From: Hypanus sabinus
Taxonomy: Eukaryota
DNA length: 64,000 bases
Reading direction: 5' to 3'
Assembly: GCF_030144855.1 (NCBI RefSeq)
Contig: NC_082731.1
Span: 26,288,001 to 26,352,000, forward strand
The position numbers and the translations under genes were made by a program. The first letter of the stretch is position 1, and every line of letters starts with the position of its first letter. Positions 25,746 through 38,261 of this stretch are shown here, piece by piece. The notes beneath the pieces were generated by a model. The model did not search any database, was not told the DNA's origin, and worked only from the letters and a program-made list of their open reading frames with translations.

Positions 25746-26089
25746 TGCTGAAGGAATAGCAGTGACAGAGTCTCTCGCGGAATTAAGAACTTGAGTCGCC
25801 AATGCCCATTGAGTGATAGTCATATAGCAAGGTAACAGACCTTTCGTCCACAAATCTGTGTAGATCATCAAGTACCCAGTTTCACTTATCTCACAAAAAT
25901 CCCATCCATGCTCCAAATACTCTTCTCACATCGCCCCAGAATCTGCCATTCAGCCACACACAGGAGACAACCTTTACCAGCCAACTCTCTCACTCAGGAA
26001 GGGATTGCAGTCTGTCTGAGAACTTGGTGGAGGCAGTTACAAAATTAACAAGTATATGGACAAACTCTTGAATCACTAATCCATAGAAG

Positions 26090-26670
26090 GCTATGAATCA
26101 AGTGTAGGGTAATAGGAGTGGAAAGTTAAGATGTAATGCTAAGGCTTATTAAGGTATTGATCAGACTGCGCTTGGAGTATTTTGAGCAGTTCTGGTCCCC
26201 TTAAAGAGTTTATTGGCATTGGCTGAGGTTCACGAGAATGATCCCAGGAATGAAAACTTTAACGAGTGAGGGGCGTTTGACGGCCCTGGGCCTGTACTCG
26301 CTGGAGTTTTGAGGAATGACAGAAGGGGTCTCATTGAAACCTGCATCATATATAATAGCCTAGAGGGAAGGGATCTGGAGAGGCTGTTTCCTGTTATGGG
26401 GAACCTAGGACCAGATGGCACAGCCTCAGAATAGAAGGACGTCACTTCAGAACAGAGATGAGGATGGTGAATCTGTGGAATTTATTGCCACAGATGGTTG
26501 TGGAGGCCAGGTCCATGGACATATTTGAAGAACAAGTTGATTGGTGTTGATTAGCTTCAAAGGTCACGGAGAGAAGGCGGTTGACAGGGATAATAAAACA
26601 GTCATGATGAAATAGCGGAAAGGACGATGAGCCGAATGGCCTAATTGTTTTCCTGTGTATTATGGTCTTA
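26090..26670 (+). mobile_element. Decayed CR1-like LINE 3' fragment
   Basis: tcagactgcgcttggagtat...ggcctgtactcgctggagttt...gagccgaatggcct: CR1 RT C-terminus and 3' UTR motifs. Confidence 0.7.
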
Positions 26671-26800
26671 TAATCATCTGATGGGCAACATGCAATGCTA
26701 GCCGGAGGGTCTGTAATTGAGATTTGTGAATGTAAGATTCTATAATGTATGTAGAATCTGAGACCAGAAACATGTTTATGTAAAGGTGTGTAGTACTGTG

Positions 26801-26857
26801 TGGATTCCCTCAATATCATAACATTTGGATCTGGAACTAAGCTGAACGTGGAACCTA
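26801..26857 (+). CDS. TRAJ: J segment, intact: DSLNIITFGSGTKLNVEP
   Basis: Nonamer tgtttatgt 26773-26781, 12-bp spacer, tactgtg 26794-26800; donor at 26858. Confidence 0.91.
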
Positions 26858-27376
26858 GTAAGTTCGACACTAGGTGTTAAAAAATGTTGTTTTGGTGACA
26901 ATTGGCAGAGTCTTGGCATTCAAAGCAAATTGCAAAGATTATGCATGTTTGAGAGAATAAGGTGTGACCTGTGTGTGACCTCTGTACAAGAATTTGATAA
27001 GATAGAAAAATGCCTAAACTTAAAGAGATGTTCACCAGATCAATATGATAGTACATATCAAAATATCTAAATAGTTTGTTAATCTAATAGAAAATTCAGA
27101 GAAAGCCTCCTTACTCACAGATGGAATTATAGGGGACAATCATTGCCCCATTTGGAATATGATCCAGCAGCGGAGTGGGGCAGCTTTGGAGATGGTGTCC
27201 ACTGAAAGAGATGGTTATTAAAAATATTTAAAAGCCATTTATAAAAATAAGGACCGGATGACTAACACATATCTTAGGTTTAGGGAGAATTGCAATCACT
27301 GCATTTTTATTTGGGAAAGGGCTAGTTGAGATTGTTAAGGCTAGTAGGTGTATTTGTAAAGGGGGCAGGCACTGTG

Positions 27377-27439
27377 TGAATGTTGGAGGCAGCCAAAAGA
27401 TAATATTTGGAGCTGGGACTCGAGTGATTATTGTCCCGA
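27377..27439 (+). CDS. TRAJ: J segment, intact: NVGGSQKIIFGAGTRVIIVP
   Basis: Nonamer tgtatttgt 27349-27357, 12-bp spacer, cactgtg 27370-27376; donor at 27440. Confidence 0.92.
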
Positions 27440-28357
27440 GTAAGTTTCGAGAAAGCTATTCTGTCTTACACTTCATAATTAAAGTCGAATATGTGTAATT
27501 TGTTCTAAGTGCTAGGTTTAAGCAAATAGGAATAGAATCTATGAGATGTTATTTCCCATCGCGGAAAAAGGTGGAAATGCCCAGGCGTTAGACAGCTAGC
27601 ATCATCTTCCAGTTGCCCGATAAATCCCTCTCATACCCACCCTGAAACTTAAGAACAACTTGTCCTCTGTCTTTCACACTTCTGACAGATGTTCTCAGAT
27701 CTGAAATATGGGTAGTCCCTCTCTCCGCAGATGCTGCCTGGCATGGTGGTAGTTTATTTTTCTGTCATTGATTTGAATTTATTAGCATGTTAACGAAGAT
27801 GTGAATGTCCGAGGGCGAATCAACAGAAGTGTACTTTCATAAGGTATAGAACGCCAGTTGGCTCATTGAGCTTCTGCCCGTTCACAGAGCAATTCTATTC
27901 TCCGAATAATTTCCCTGGTAACCTCACAAATTTCCAAATATTTTGCTTCCCAGTATTACAGGGGACTCTTACAACAGCTAATCATCTTGCTTCGCACGTC
28001 TTTGGAATGCGGAAGTAAAACAGCATTCCGGGGAGTTCTATGTGACAGGGAGGGGAAGATGACTGATAAAACGAGGACCAGCAAAACTTATTTTTTTTAT
28101 TTTCACCCGTATTTTACTTTACTGGAAGTAATAGGTACAGGTGGGACTCTGACATAGAGAATATTAAATCCTACAGAGACCTGGGCAGTGATTTCTCTTG
28201 GAGTGCAAGATAACTCTCATTTCTATTGAGTTATCTTCTTTTTCTGGAAGTTAAGTCGAGCAGGAATTCTGTATAAATCAGCTTTGGGGCTGGAATTAAA
28301 TAGCTCATAAAACGATTAAAGCTATTTCCTAAAATTAGATCAAAGAACAAAAACTTT

Positions 28358-28592
28358 GGGGTTAATATTTGGAACCAGGCCAGGTATGGTGATAGTGGCA
28401 AATACATTAGCGGGTTTTAAGAGACGTCTAGACAGGCACATGGGTGTAAGGAAGAAGTGGAGATATCGTTATTGTGAGGTAGGAGGGATTCGTGTTTGGA
28501 TGGTTTTGATTTATTTTTTTAAGCTGGTCAGCACATTATGGCATTTTCCTGCGTTGTACTGTTGGATATTTTATTAATAATTGTTTGGCCAA
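28358..28592 (+). pseudogene. TRAJ: Pseudo-J split by a ~200-bp CR1 3'-end insertion (GLIFGT | insert | IIVWP)
   Basis: gggttaatatttggaacc (28358-28376), CR1-type 3' sequence to ~28575, then taataattgtttggccaa + gtaagt at 28593; no RSS. Confidence 0.75.
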
Positions 28593-29206
28593 GTAAGTGA
28601 GAATTAAACCAGTCTATCTTAGAGCACTTGATTAAAAGGAAGACATTCGCGATTCGTTCTAAACAGGGCATTTTAGCAAATACACAAATGACAAGCGATG
28701 TTTTTGCGTATCACAAATTAAAGAAGAGAGCATATTAATTCATGTACATTCTTCAGAAAATGGGTATCAGTAAATTATTTTTCCTTTTTCGAAATTGGTA
28801 TTTCATTAGTGCCGAAAATGACCTGGCTATCAACCAGATACAAGCAAGCATACAGACGGACACACTGACAGAGAGGAAGATAGACAAATGCATAGGTGGA
28901 CGGTTAGTTGGACAGATATTCAATAAGAAACGCTGAATTAAAAATGCTGAAAACCGAGTCAGGCAGGCAGCATCTGTGCAGATGAAAAGTGTTAATGGAA
29001 CCTTCGGTCCAGGCCCCGTTATGGTATTAAAATATCATATAGAATGCTAATTGCATTAAGTGCAATCGGCACTGATGTTACACTGTTCTGTATCAGACTG
29101 CAGAAAGACGAATATTTCAGTAAAAGCCGTTCAGTACTTTATCCCATAAAACTCATCTCTCCATTGGCCACAGTGCTGAGTTTTTGTGTGGTTTTCTGAT
29201 ACTGTG

Positions 29207-29263
29207 TGTCTAGTGGCTATGAAATAACATTTGGGTCTGGTACCAGACTGACCGTGACACCAA
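29207..29263 (+). CDS. TRAJ: J segment, intact: SSGYEITFGSGTRLTVTP
   Basis: Nonamer agtttttgt 29179-29187, 12-bp spacer, tactgtg 29200-29206; donor at 29264. Confidence 0.92.
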
Positions 29264-29539
29264 GTAAGTAATGCACACTGTAATAAATGCCTAATTAACA
29301 ATATTGGAAATAATTAATGTTTATGAAGAAATTAAATGCATTACACGTGGTATATATTTTAATTGAATTATGAAAGAATAAAGCTATATGAGGGACAGAT
29401 CTAACCAAAGTTACAGAAAGTTCTATCGAAAGATCAGATGCTGGGTACCTATAGATTACTCCGCCACTACCAATAAATAAGGTGAACATCAGTTGTCGTG
29501 GAATGTTTTAATCTCCCTGTTAATTGGGAGAACTGAATT

Positions 29540-31080
29540 GACTAGGATATTGCAGAGAAGGTGTTTGTGAATTACGTCAGGGATCGCTATGTTACAGAAC
29601 CTACTAGGAGCAGGCTATGTAAGATTTGATCATGAACTGTGGGGAAGAATTCTCAGGAAATCTTGCGGTGAAATATCTCCCAGAAGTAGTGACCATAATC
29701 CAGTTTCAGTTTGAGGGAAAGCATAACGGGTCCAATTACAGTGTCTTCCGCTTCAAGAAAAACAGTTATAATAGTGTGCTGGTGGAGTTGTCGAAAGTGG
29801 ATGATTTGGTTGATGGCGAGAGTGAAAAGATCAACACATTAGTCAACACTCAACAAGAAAGAGTGATACACTGAGAAGATCTGGTTCACAAATGAGGTCT
29901 AGTATCATGTGAAATTGAGTGATGGGGCATCCAAAATAGCAGGGACTGATTGTAGGCCAAAGAACTAGGATTCCTTTAGGATCGAGCAAAGAAACACTAA
30001 AATGGTCACAGAAGGGTCTAATTTGTATTTCAAAGAAAACTTCCACGCAATAACAACCCAAATAAATAATAAGAGTTTCTGTCGATATATAAGCATAAAG
30101 AAGGCAAAGACAGTTTGTGTAGGACCTTTGGAGAACACAGGTTATGAACTAATAAAAGGAAAGAAATTGTGGATAATTCACATGGTTTTCGGTGTTCTTG
30201 TGTGTAAATCACTGTGAAGATAGACGTTGAGTAGGAACAAAAATTTTATTATTTCTTGTGGATCAGCGCTAAAGTTTAAGAATAGGGCGGGTTTGTTTCA
30301 ATTGTACAGAAATAATGAGGTGTTTCTGGAGTATTCTGTACCTATATAGTGTCATTAGCAGTCCAAAGGAAAATCCCCAGGCTAGTTCATGGGTAAGAGT
30401 GTTGGCCTATTGAGAGACGCTTCCTTCATGCTCTGAATCTTGGAACGCCCTTCCGAATTACAGCCACTTTCTCAATGGCAATAAATGCTGACTGACCAGA
30501 TCTGCCCACATCCCCAAAATAAGGAAAGGGTATCTGGAATTTTATGTGAGAATTTCAAGAAACGAGAAGGGAAACAAGCACAAGCGTGTCGACCAATAAA
30601 CATAGGAAGTATGTTTTCATTCTTGACAAATCAAAGACTATACAACAATATTAATTGCTATAAGAACCTAAAGTTGGCATTAAAGTATCATGAAGTACTC
30701 CACTTCGTAAATAGAGTCGAATTACACTAGTTAACACAAATTCTCGTTGAGATATATAAGATTTTGAGGGGGACAGATTGCGTAAATAGTAATTTTTCCT
30801 ATGGTCGTAGTATCAAAAACAATGGGGAGGGGGTCTAAAATGGGGGACGAAGCTTCATAGGGAATATGGGGCTGGGGGTGATTACTTTTTTTCACATAGT
30901 GATTGATATCTGGAATGACTACCAGAGGTGATGGTGGAATGAGATACAATCTCGTAGGTAGTGTCATTTAGAGTGACTTATTAACAGGCAAGTGATAAGA
31001 TACGGTGGCCATGCCGGGAGATTGAAGTAATGTAGACGGGCAAAAGCGAGGGATAGAAATGTTAGGCTATTGGACAAGCT
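29540..31080 (+). mobile_element. Old, fragmented CR1-like LINE sequence
   Basis: Scattered RT-like residues (e.g. EVLHF near 30690) and a CR1-type 3' end at 30820-31080; J-free interval. Confidence 0.5.
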
Positions 31081-31524
31081 TCTCTGCTGTCCAGCTCTGG
31101 AACTATAAAAACATAAAATCCTGGAAACACTCAGCAGGTCAGACACCAGCCGTGGAAAGAGAAGCAGACATAAAGCTTCAAGTCAATGGCTCTTCATCAA
31201 GCTTATAAATAACTCCTGTTCTTCTTCCACAGACGCCACGAAGCCCATTAATTTTACCTGCAGTTTCTGCTTTAATATAGAGAAATAGACAGATTGATGA
31301 AGTCATGACAAGCGCATATTAAAAACATTCATAATTATGCGATTAATAATGAATAATTTTAAGTAATTCATAATTTCTATAAGCCTCTTAATATTATCAA
31401 TAGAAAATCGCGTAGTCAGTAGTTTTATCTCTAAATCTGCAGCATGAAAGTAATAATTAGCTGTATATGGTAAATCGCAGCTGATAATGGCACAGAGGTT
31501 TTGTGTGAGTGAACGTTATCAGTG

Positions 31525-31578
31525 AACAATAATTACAGACAATTTTTTTGGATCAGAAACCAGACTTGTTAATTCCAA
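31525..31578 (+). pseudogene. TRAJ: Pseudo-J: TIITDNFFGSETRL
   Basis: Nonamer-like aggttttgt 31496-31504, decayed heptamer, FGSE, donor ttaagt. Confidence 0.5.
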
Positions 31579-31730
31579 TTAAGTCACTCTTGGTTCCACA
31601 TTTTATAAAATCCGTTATTGTTTCTAATTGGCCAGAGATATTTCTGTTAGGAGGTCGTTGTGTGCTGAGATTTTCAGAAAAACAACGTGGATTGGCTAAT
31701 GATGTTATTGTATGAGAATCAGGTACTGTG

Positions 31731-31793
31731 TGAATTATGGAGCGGGAAACAAGTTGATATTTGGAAGTGGGACGAGGCTGATTGTGGAACCTA
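31731..31793 (+). CDS. TRAJ: J segment, intact: NYGAGNKLIFGSGTRLIVEP
   Basis: Nonamer tgttattgt 31703-31711, 12-bp spacer, tactgtg 31724-31730; donor at 31794. Confidence 0.92.
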
Positions 31794-32702
31794 GTAAGTG
31801 TGAAAAAATCGCTATTTTACTTCAAGTTTGCTTAAAACCTATCTGTGTTTTTTTTTCATAAAACGTGGGAAAATGTCATTAGTTGTCAGCTCTATCTCTT
31901 AAATCAAACCCAGAGGGTGTTGCAAATCACGTTCATGATAAAATGGTTGTTATGACCATAATATTAATCGATGGACCTGCAGAGATAGAGAAAGATGTGC
32001 AGGAAAGTAATATAAGAGAAAATAAAAAGACAAAGATAAAATGGATGGAGAAAGCAAGCGATAAATGATTCCAATGTAAACTCATTCATTCACTGAAAAG
32101 TAACATTTGGTAAAATGACTGCTATATTTCAAAACCAATTATGAACTTATTGTTTCCATTATAGCGGACTTCTCGGTAATTGCTGCTGAGATTGTTGGTA
32201 TTTATTTGCCTAGTCAGCAAAATTTTTAATACGCATCTGCAGTTTATTGCACTACCCTGCCTTGGCCATCCCAATGTCTCTCTCAATCTCTCACAACCCC
32301 ACCTCCCATCGCCTGCAAATGTCCAGCGAAGAACCGTCTTGAGTCTGCATAATTCGAGGGTCATTTTGGGAGTTAGTACTAATGCGGTGCTCGCTTGTTA
32401 TATCTGGGAACTTGCTGCGCCTATATTGGTTATCCTTTTTTCCGCAAGCCGGCTGTGGCTAATCATGCAAAGTGCTGTATTGACAGTAAACTGATTTAGG
32501 GATGCGAGGCATGCTATGGAAATACAATCCTTTGGACAATTAGTTGGTTTCTATGGAGTTACGGTAGCTGTGCTCAGGGATAAATCTTTAAAAATATTGA
32601 CATCAATTGAGGTCAGTTAACGAGGAAGGCCTTTCACAAAGTAAGGTAAATTGGATGAAAGACAGTGACGCGTATATTTGTGAAAGAGGGACAATCACTT
32701 TG

Positions 32703-32763
32703 TGAAATATATGGGTAATAACAAGTTAATGTTTGAGAGTGGGACCAGTGTTTGTGGAACCCA
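32703..32763 (+). pseudogene. TRAJ: Pseudo-J: KYMGNNKLMFESGT, frameshifted
   Basis: 14-bp spacer, heptamer cactttg, FESG, frameshift before the donor at 32764. Confidence 0.8.
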
Positions 32764-33055
32764 GTAAGTGTTTATATTTGTAGATCCTGAGACACGAAGT
32801 GTAACACAAATGGAAATATGGCTTGAAGCAACTTCGAACCCGTAAACAGATAATTTAGCTCCAAATCCGGTTACAGGTCAATTTAGCTGAGGCAAAATAT
32901 GTTCCCTTTTCCAAGTTATTTCCTTCTAAATAGCCAGATGGAAATAAACTTGAAATACACACTTTTTAAACGACAGGACTTGAACTTCGTGTATCAGTGC
33001 ATGGATGGAGAGGAAAAGAAGAGTAGAAAGTTGAAGAGATAAACGTCACACATAG

Positions 33056-33340
33056 ATGGCACAGTGGGAAGGTGGTAGAGTCAACTACAGCTCCAGAGAT
33101 CGACATTCCATCTTTAGTTCCTGGGATGACTGCACAGAGTCTGCAGGTTCTTCCTGTGAACTAAAGGATTGCTGCAATTCTTCCCTCGTTACAAAAGCAG
33201 AGAAGTTGGTAGTCTAATTCGTTACTGCAAATTACCCCCAGTGTGCTGGAATCTGAAGGTGCTGTGTGCAAGAGGGTCAGTCAAATTCGTTGGGCCGAAA
33301 GGACGCTATCTGTGTTGTATGACCCTATGATTAGTACAAA
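33056..33340 (+). mobile_element. Decayed tRNA-derived (HE1-like) SINE carried in cassette B (copies near 37420-37720 and 44190-44500)
   Basis: ggcacagtggg...gtagag...cagctccagagatc head and gggccgaaagg...gtgttgtatgac tail resemble the SINE at 51694. Confidence 0.55.
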
Positions 33341-33599
33341 TGAGTTTTTGATGGTCAGAACGGACTCACGCAGCTGAATGGCGTGTTCCTGAGTTTTATC
33401 ATTTTGTGACTTTGAGCTGATATGTCCATTCATCAATTGATAATACATTAGCAAAGAAAATTAAAGCAAGACATCAGCAACTATTTATACATATTGAATT
33501 TGTAGTTTAGGAAGAAGCAAAGCAAAGTTTATAGTTGTGTGCATTCATTAATATTTCCCTTAATGGCTCAGGGTTATTGTAAGACCATCTAACAGTGTG

Positions 33600-33656
33600 T
33601 GACTAGTGGCCTACCATTAACATTTGGATCAGGAACCGTACTGAATGTGATTCCAA
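33600..33656 (+). CDS. TRAJ: J segment, intact: TSGLPLTFGSGTVLNVIP
   Basis: Nonamer ggttattgt 33572-33580, 12-bp spacer, cagtgtg 33593-33599; donor at 33657. Confidence 0.91.
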
Positions 33657-33804
33657 GTAAGTCGCCAACATTCATGGTTAGCACAAGCTGTTTGTCGTTA
33701 TTGCCTATATTTAAGATTCATTATGATAGCTAGTTTGCCCTCTTTTTTAAATACTGTAAGGGGTTAGCCAGCGGTTTATTACTGTAAGAGGATCAGGCAT
33801 TGTA

Positions 33805-33867
33805 TATATTACCTAATGGGCAACGAATTAATGTTTGGAAGAGAAACAAATCTCTTCCTGTAATCCA
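33805..33867 (+). pseudogene. TRAJ: Pseudo-J: MGNELMFGRETNLFL*
   Basis: Heptamer cattgta, FGRE, stop codon; donor at 33868. Confidence 0.75.
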
Positions 33868-33999
33868 GTAAGTAAACTAACAGTGTTTCCCTTTCTCAGT
33901 AAAGGAAACACAAGACAATTAATTAGTTATGCAAAGAATGGAAGCTCTATCTGCGAAAAAAAAGATAAAATATTCAATTAATTCGCAGGATTTGAGAGG

Positions 34000-34760
34000 A
34001 AAATAACCCTTAGAATGGACAGGATCAATCTATTCAGCCCAACGCAACTACCACAATCTTCAACTTTCTTCCTATGTTAATCACAAATAAAAGCAGTTCG
34101 TTCATGCCCTTTCATGTCTCGGTAGTTCGAGCCCTCGTCTACATATTTCTTAAATGTTGTGACTACTGCTTCTTCCACTGCTACAAGAAAATCTTTTCTA
34201 GATGCCATCCATCCTCAAGGTGAAAAAAACAATCCTCCAATTATTTCCACAATGATTTATATATTTCCCTAAACTTATTTCCTCTATTCATATTCATATT
34301 TCCCTAAACTTCTTTCCTTACTTGTTCGTTAACTTTGCCACGAGAGAAGGTTTGCTGTTGTATCTTAATACCTCTTAATTGTGTGCACAATTATCAGGTC
34401 CTCCCTCCAATTAATATCCCTCGCTTCAAAGTCGTCAAACCTAGACTACACAGTCTCACAACATACTGAAACGTTCCATCCAAGACAACAACCTAGTGAG
34501 TTTTAGAACAATGCAGCACGGTACAAGCCATTCGGCCCACAATGATTCCCCTGTACGCTCGCCAGTGCAAGCAACCCTTCCTGTAGTGAGACGTATGGAA
34601 CGCTTAGTAATATTCCAGCTGAGGCCTAACCTATACTTCGTAAAATTGTGACTTAACCTTCCTGCTCTTATATTCCATCTCCGGGATAAGAAAGGCAAAT
34701 GATCCTTTTGCCTCTTCCAACATTTTCTGCTTCTTTTGAAAATTATTTTCTGAACTCACA
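34000..34760 (-). mobile_element. Decayed CR1-like fragment duplicated with cassette B (also ~39600-40230, ~41050-41620, ~45160-45770)
   Basis: Minus-strand RT-like text such as AIEYKSRKVM (ORF 41382-41600); shared junctions gactaggaaag between copies. Confidence 0.6.
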
Positions 34761-35303
34761 GACTAGGAAAGTAATTTTCTACTGTAACCTGCAATTTAGT
34801 AGATAGATAGACGGGCTGGTCAATCTAGAGTCAGACGGATGGACGAATTACAGTAAAAAGATACCTGAGAGACTAAGAGATGTGTGAGGGGAAGATTCAG
34901 TCTGATGCATGGTGTAGTATTAGTAGATTGATAGATAGGTAGTTAGGTACACCCACAGCCAGCATATAGACTGATAGATGCTGACTCCTGAAAAATCGAC
35001 AGGAATAATATGGATGCAATGTTATTATTATATCTCAAATTCAATGCTCTACCACTATTGGTAGTAATTATCTCTATGAAAAAAGCACCCAGAAGTAGTA
35101 TATGGCACTGAGATGGTGGATCAAACATCATTGCATTGAATGACAGAACCAAGTCGGAAGGAAAAACAGTTGATCCCTGTGCCTGTTTTCTGGAATAGAA
35201 TTTCCCTCCCAAATGAGAAGTGTGAGCATCATATTTATGTGTACAGTATCCCATAAGAAAAACGCCACAAATGACCGTTTTTAGGTGGAGGTGTCACACT
35301 GTG

Positions 35304-35360
35304 TGAATGATAACTTCCTAGTAATCTTTGGATCCGGAACCAAACTCACTGTAACTCCGA
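35304..35360 (+). CDS. TRAJ: J segment, intact: NDNFLVIFGSGTKLTVTP
   Basis: Nonamer cgtttttag 35276-35284, 12-bp spacer, cactgtg 35297-35303; donor at 35361. Confidence 0.9.
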
Positions 35361-36155
35361 GTAAGTCACCATTGTTCTTCAATCACTTGGTCCATTGTTC
35401 CCGCTTGGCATCATTATCACCTAGATATATTAACAGTGAGATGCTTTCTGTGGACTTACTTGTGGAATTGATACCATTTAAGTACCTTGGTACTGGGTCA
35501 GACACAGTTTGCATCTGAGGCAGACAGTGCTATAATACTTGGTAGTGCGACCACGCTCCTTGTACATAGTGTTGAAAAGTTAGATTTAAGACATTGTAGA
35601 AGAATGATGGGTGATCTTTTTGAAACTTGTAAGATTTCGAGAAGGCTTGACAGTTAGATAAGGAGATGTGTCCACCAGTTAACATTTTTGAATGAGGGAC
35701 AAACAAGGGAAGAGATCTTTCACTGTAAACTGAGGAATTGGAGATTTATTCTTTCATGGAGAGTGAATCGCTGGAATTCCATACCACAGCCGGTTGTAAG
35801 GGTTGGACCATCAGGGATATTAAAAGATGAAATAGATATAATTCTGGGACATCAGAAAATAAAGAGCAAATAAAGAGATCTCGTACAGCAGAGTAGATGG
35901 TGTCTGGGACAAATCAGTTCATGTTGAATAGTGGGGCAGGTCCGAGGGACCGGGTGGCCTATTCCTGGCTCTTAAGTGTTTCTTTGTCATCAAGGAAAAA
36001 AAAACTGATGCTGCAAACCCGAGATTAAAAATAAATGGGGAATCCTAGTAGGTTTCAGTCCTGAAGCCATCAAATTCCATAGTCTTCAGTCCCAAAGGTT
36101 TACATATCTATAGCTCCAATTACACGTGGTTTTTGTGAAGCTGTCCGCTACTGTG

Positions 36156-36212
36156 TGGGTGGCAACTACGAAATAACATTTGGATTAGGAACCAGTCTGA
36201 CCGTATCTCCAC
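36156..36212 (+). CDS. TRAJ: J segment, intact: GGNYEITFGLGTSLTVSP
   Basis: Consensus nonamer ggtttttgt 36128-36136, 12-bp spacer, tactgtg 36149-36155; donor at 36213. Confidence 0.93.
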
Positions 36213-36557
36213 GTAAGTCGACGTAGCTTGTATTGGGTGCAATTTATCACTAAGAGAACTTTGTAAGTGTGAAATCAAGAAACTCTGGCTGAACTGTGTC
36301 AGGTGACAAAAGGCATGTAATCCTTAAAGGTTCTAAAAGCTCAAAGGTTCATTGATTATCAAAGTAGTTATACAACACTCTGAAGTTATTCTTCTCCAGG
36401 TAGCCTTAAAACAAAGAAAGACCATGGAAGTCAGATCAGAGAGAAACAGCAATCCCAGGCAGGGTGAAACGCGAAAATATATACCGCTTCTCTGTTTGAA
36501 TGTAAAATAGCAATATATAATCTATTGTTGTCCCTGGCGGCTGATATTTTCGATAAA

Positions 36558-36696
36558 NNNNNNNNNNNNNNNNNNNNNNNNNNNNNNNNNNNNNNNNNNN
36601 NNNNNNNNNNNNNNNNNNNNNNNNNNNNNNNNNNNNNNNNNNNNNNNNNNNNNNNNNNNNNNNNNNNNNNNNNNNNNNNNNNNNNNNNNNNNNNNN
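36558..36696. other. Assembly gap (N run)
   Basis: 139 N. Confidence 0.99.
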
Positions 36697-37042
36697 GTGT
36701 CCTTATCCTTGGCGATTACTGATCAGCAGTACTAATTTAAGACCTCGACTTCATACCCTAGATTCACAGAGAGAAGGCATCTTTGGGGATAGTTGGGACT
36801 GCAAGGTTCGGAGTGAAACTTTCTGCACAAGAGGTGGCTAAAACCTTCAGAAATTACTTCAGCAGTAAACTGCTTCAGGTTGTTGATGTGTCTGTAGAAA
36901 GACAACTGGGCTGGTTTCTGTGGAAATACTGTCGTTGGTCTGCGGGATAAAACTTACTTAATTTTTTTATCATTTAGCGTTAATTAACAAGGAAGGTTTT
37001 AAAACTGAAGCAGGTACTTTTCAAAGAGAGTCAAGTACTTTG

Positions 37043-37104
37043 TGTATCACATAGGCAATAAAAAGTTATTATTCAGGAGTAGGACCAATATACTATGGAA
37101 CCCA
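37043..37104 (+). pseudogene. TRAJ: Pseudo-J: YHIGNKKLLFRSRTNILWNP
   Basis: Heptamer tactttg 37036-37042, FRSR, wrong splice phase at the donor 37105. Confidence 0.78.
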
Positions 37105-37973
37105 GTAAGTGTTCATATTTGTCTAAACTGAAGAAGGAAGTGTAAAGTTGGGACATAACATGTTTCTAAATATGATTTGGTGCAATCTCTAACCCCTAAA
37201 CAAATTAATTAGCTTTCAGTATGGTTGTAGGTCAATTACTTTCGGGTAAATTTGTTCCTTCTCTAAATGTTTACCTTCTCAAAGACTATTTGAAAATATA
37301 ACTGGTTAACGCACATTTTTATTGAAAGCTTTTTATGTTTAGATGGACGGGTGGGGAGAAAAACAGAGTTAATAGAAAGGCAAAAAGAAATATATGTCAC
37401 ATAGATAAGATGGCAGAGTAGGGAAACTGGCAACGTCACGACATCTCCAGAGATCCGATTTCCATCCTCGTCTACACAGTAGAATGTGTGCAGCTGGCCT
37501 GATTTTCCTACGACCCTGTAGATATTCTCCGCCTTCCTTGGACGGGTAATTGGTTTCTGTAAATTTCCCTCAGTGAGTGCTGGAATCTGAAAGGAGTTCA
37601 TGAAAATCTGGGAAGAAAAAAATAGTTAGGGTACAATGCTGTAATTGGGTACAGTAAGGTCGGTGACGACTGAATGGACCTGAGGGCCACTATCGGTGCT
37701 GTAAGATCATAGAATTAGTACAAATGAGCGTCTGATGGTCAGCACGCCTTGCTAGGTTGAAAGGTCTGTTTCCAAGATAAATCTTTCTGTGACTGAGCTA
37801 ATATGTCCATTCGTAGATTGATATACACCTTAGCAAATAAAGGACAATAATGTATCTGCAAGTATTTACATTAGTTATATTTGTGGTTTATAATGCAACA
37901 GGGCAGATATTATATTTTTCCATAAAGTGTCCACTACTGGATCCGGGTTATTGTAATGCAATCTAACAGTGTG

Positions 37974-38030
37974 TGAATAACAACTTACCATTAACCTTTG
38001 GACCAGGCACCAGACTGACTGTAATTCCAA
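37974..38030 (+). CDS. TRAJ: J segment, intact: NNNLPLTFGPGTRLTVIP
   Basis: Nonamer ggttattgt 37946-37954, 12-bp spacer, cagtgtg 37967-37973; donor at 38031. Confidence 0.92.
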
Positions 38031-38193
38031 GTAAGTCACCAGTACTTGCTGTTAAAATGGAAGGTTTATGAGCATAATTAGCTCCAAAGTGCCTGAATTT
38101 AGGATTCGCTACCTTAACCAGGTTGTTGTTTTTTTTTAGGTATTATAATGGGTTTGTCAGCTGGTATTTATTATATAATGTTCAGTTACTATA

Positions 38194-38226
38194 TGAAGGA
38201 TGAAATGAGCAACAAATTAATGTTTT
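38194..38226 (+). pseudogene. TRAJ: 5' half-J (EMSNKLMF) truncated next to a LINE insertion
   Basis: RSS region gtatttattat...gttcagt tactata and agcaacaaattaa match the intact J at 44999; 3' half absent. Confidence 0.65.
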
Positions 38227-38261
38227 TTTATATTTTATATTAAATTTGAAGTTAATACATA

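Noticed and set aside
29169-29175. Perfect CACAGTG as the 3' RSS of a D segment
   Set aside because: No ACAAAAACC-like nonamer at 12 or 23 bp and no 5' RSS; it lies 3 bp upstream of the nonamer of the J at 29207.
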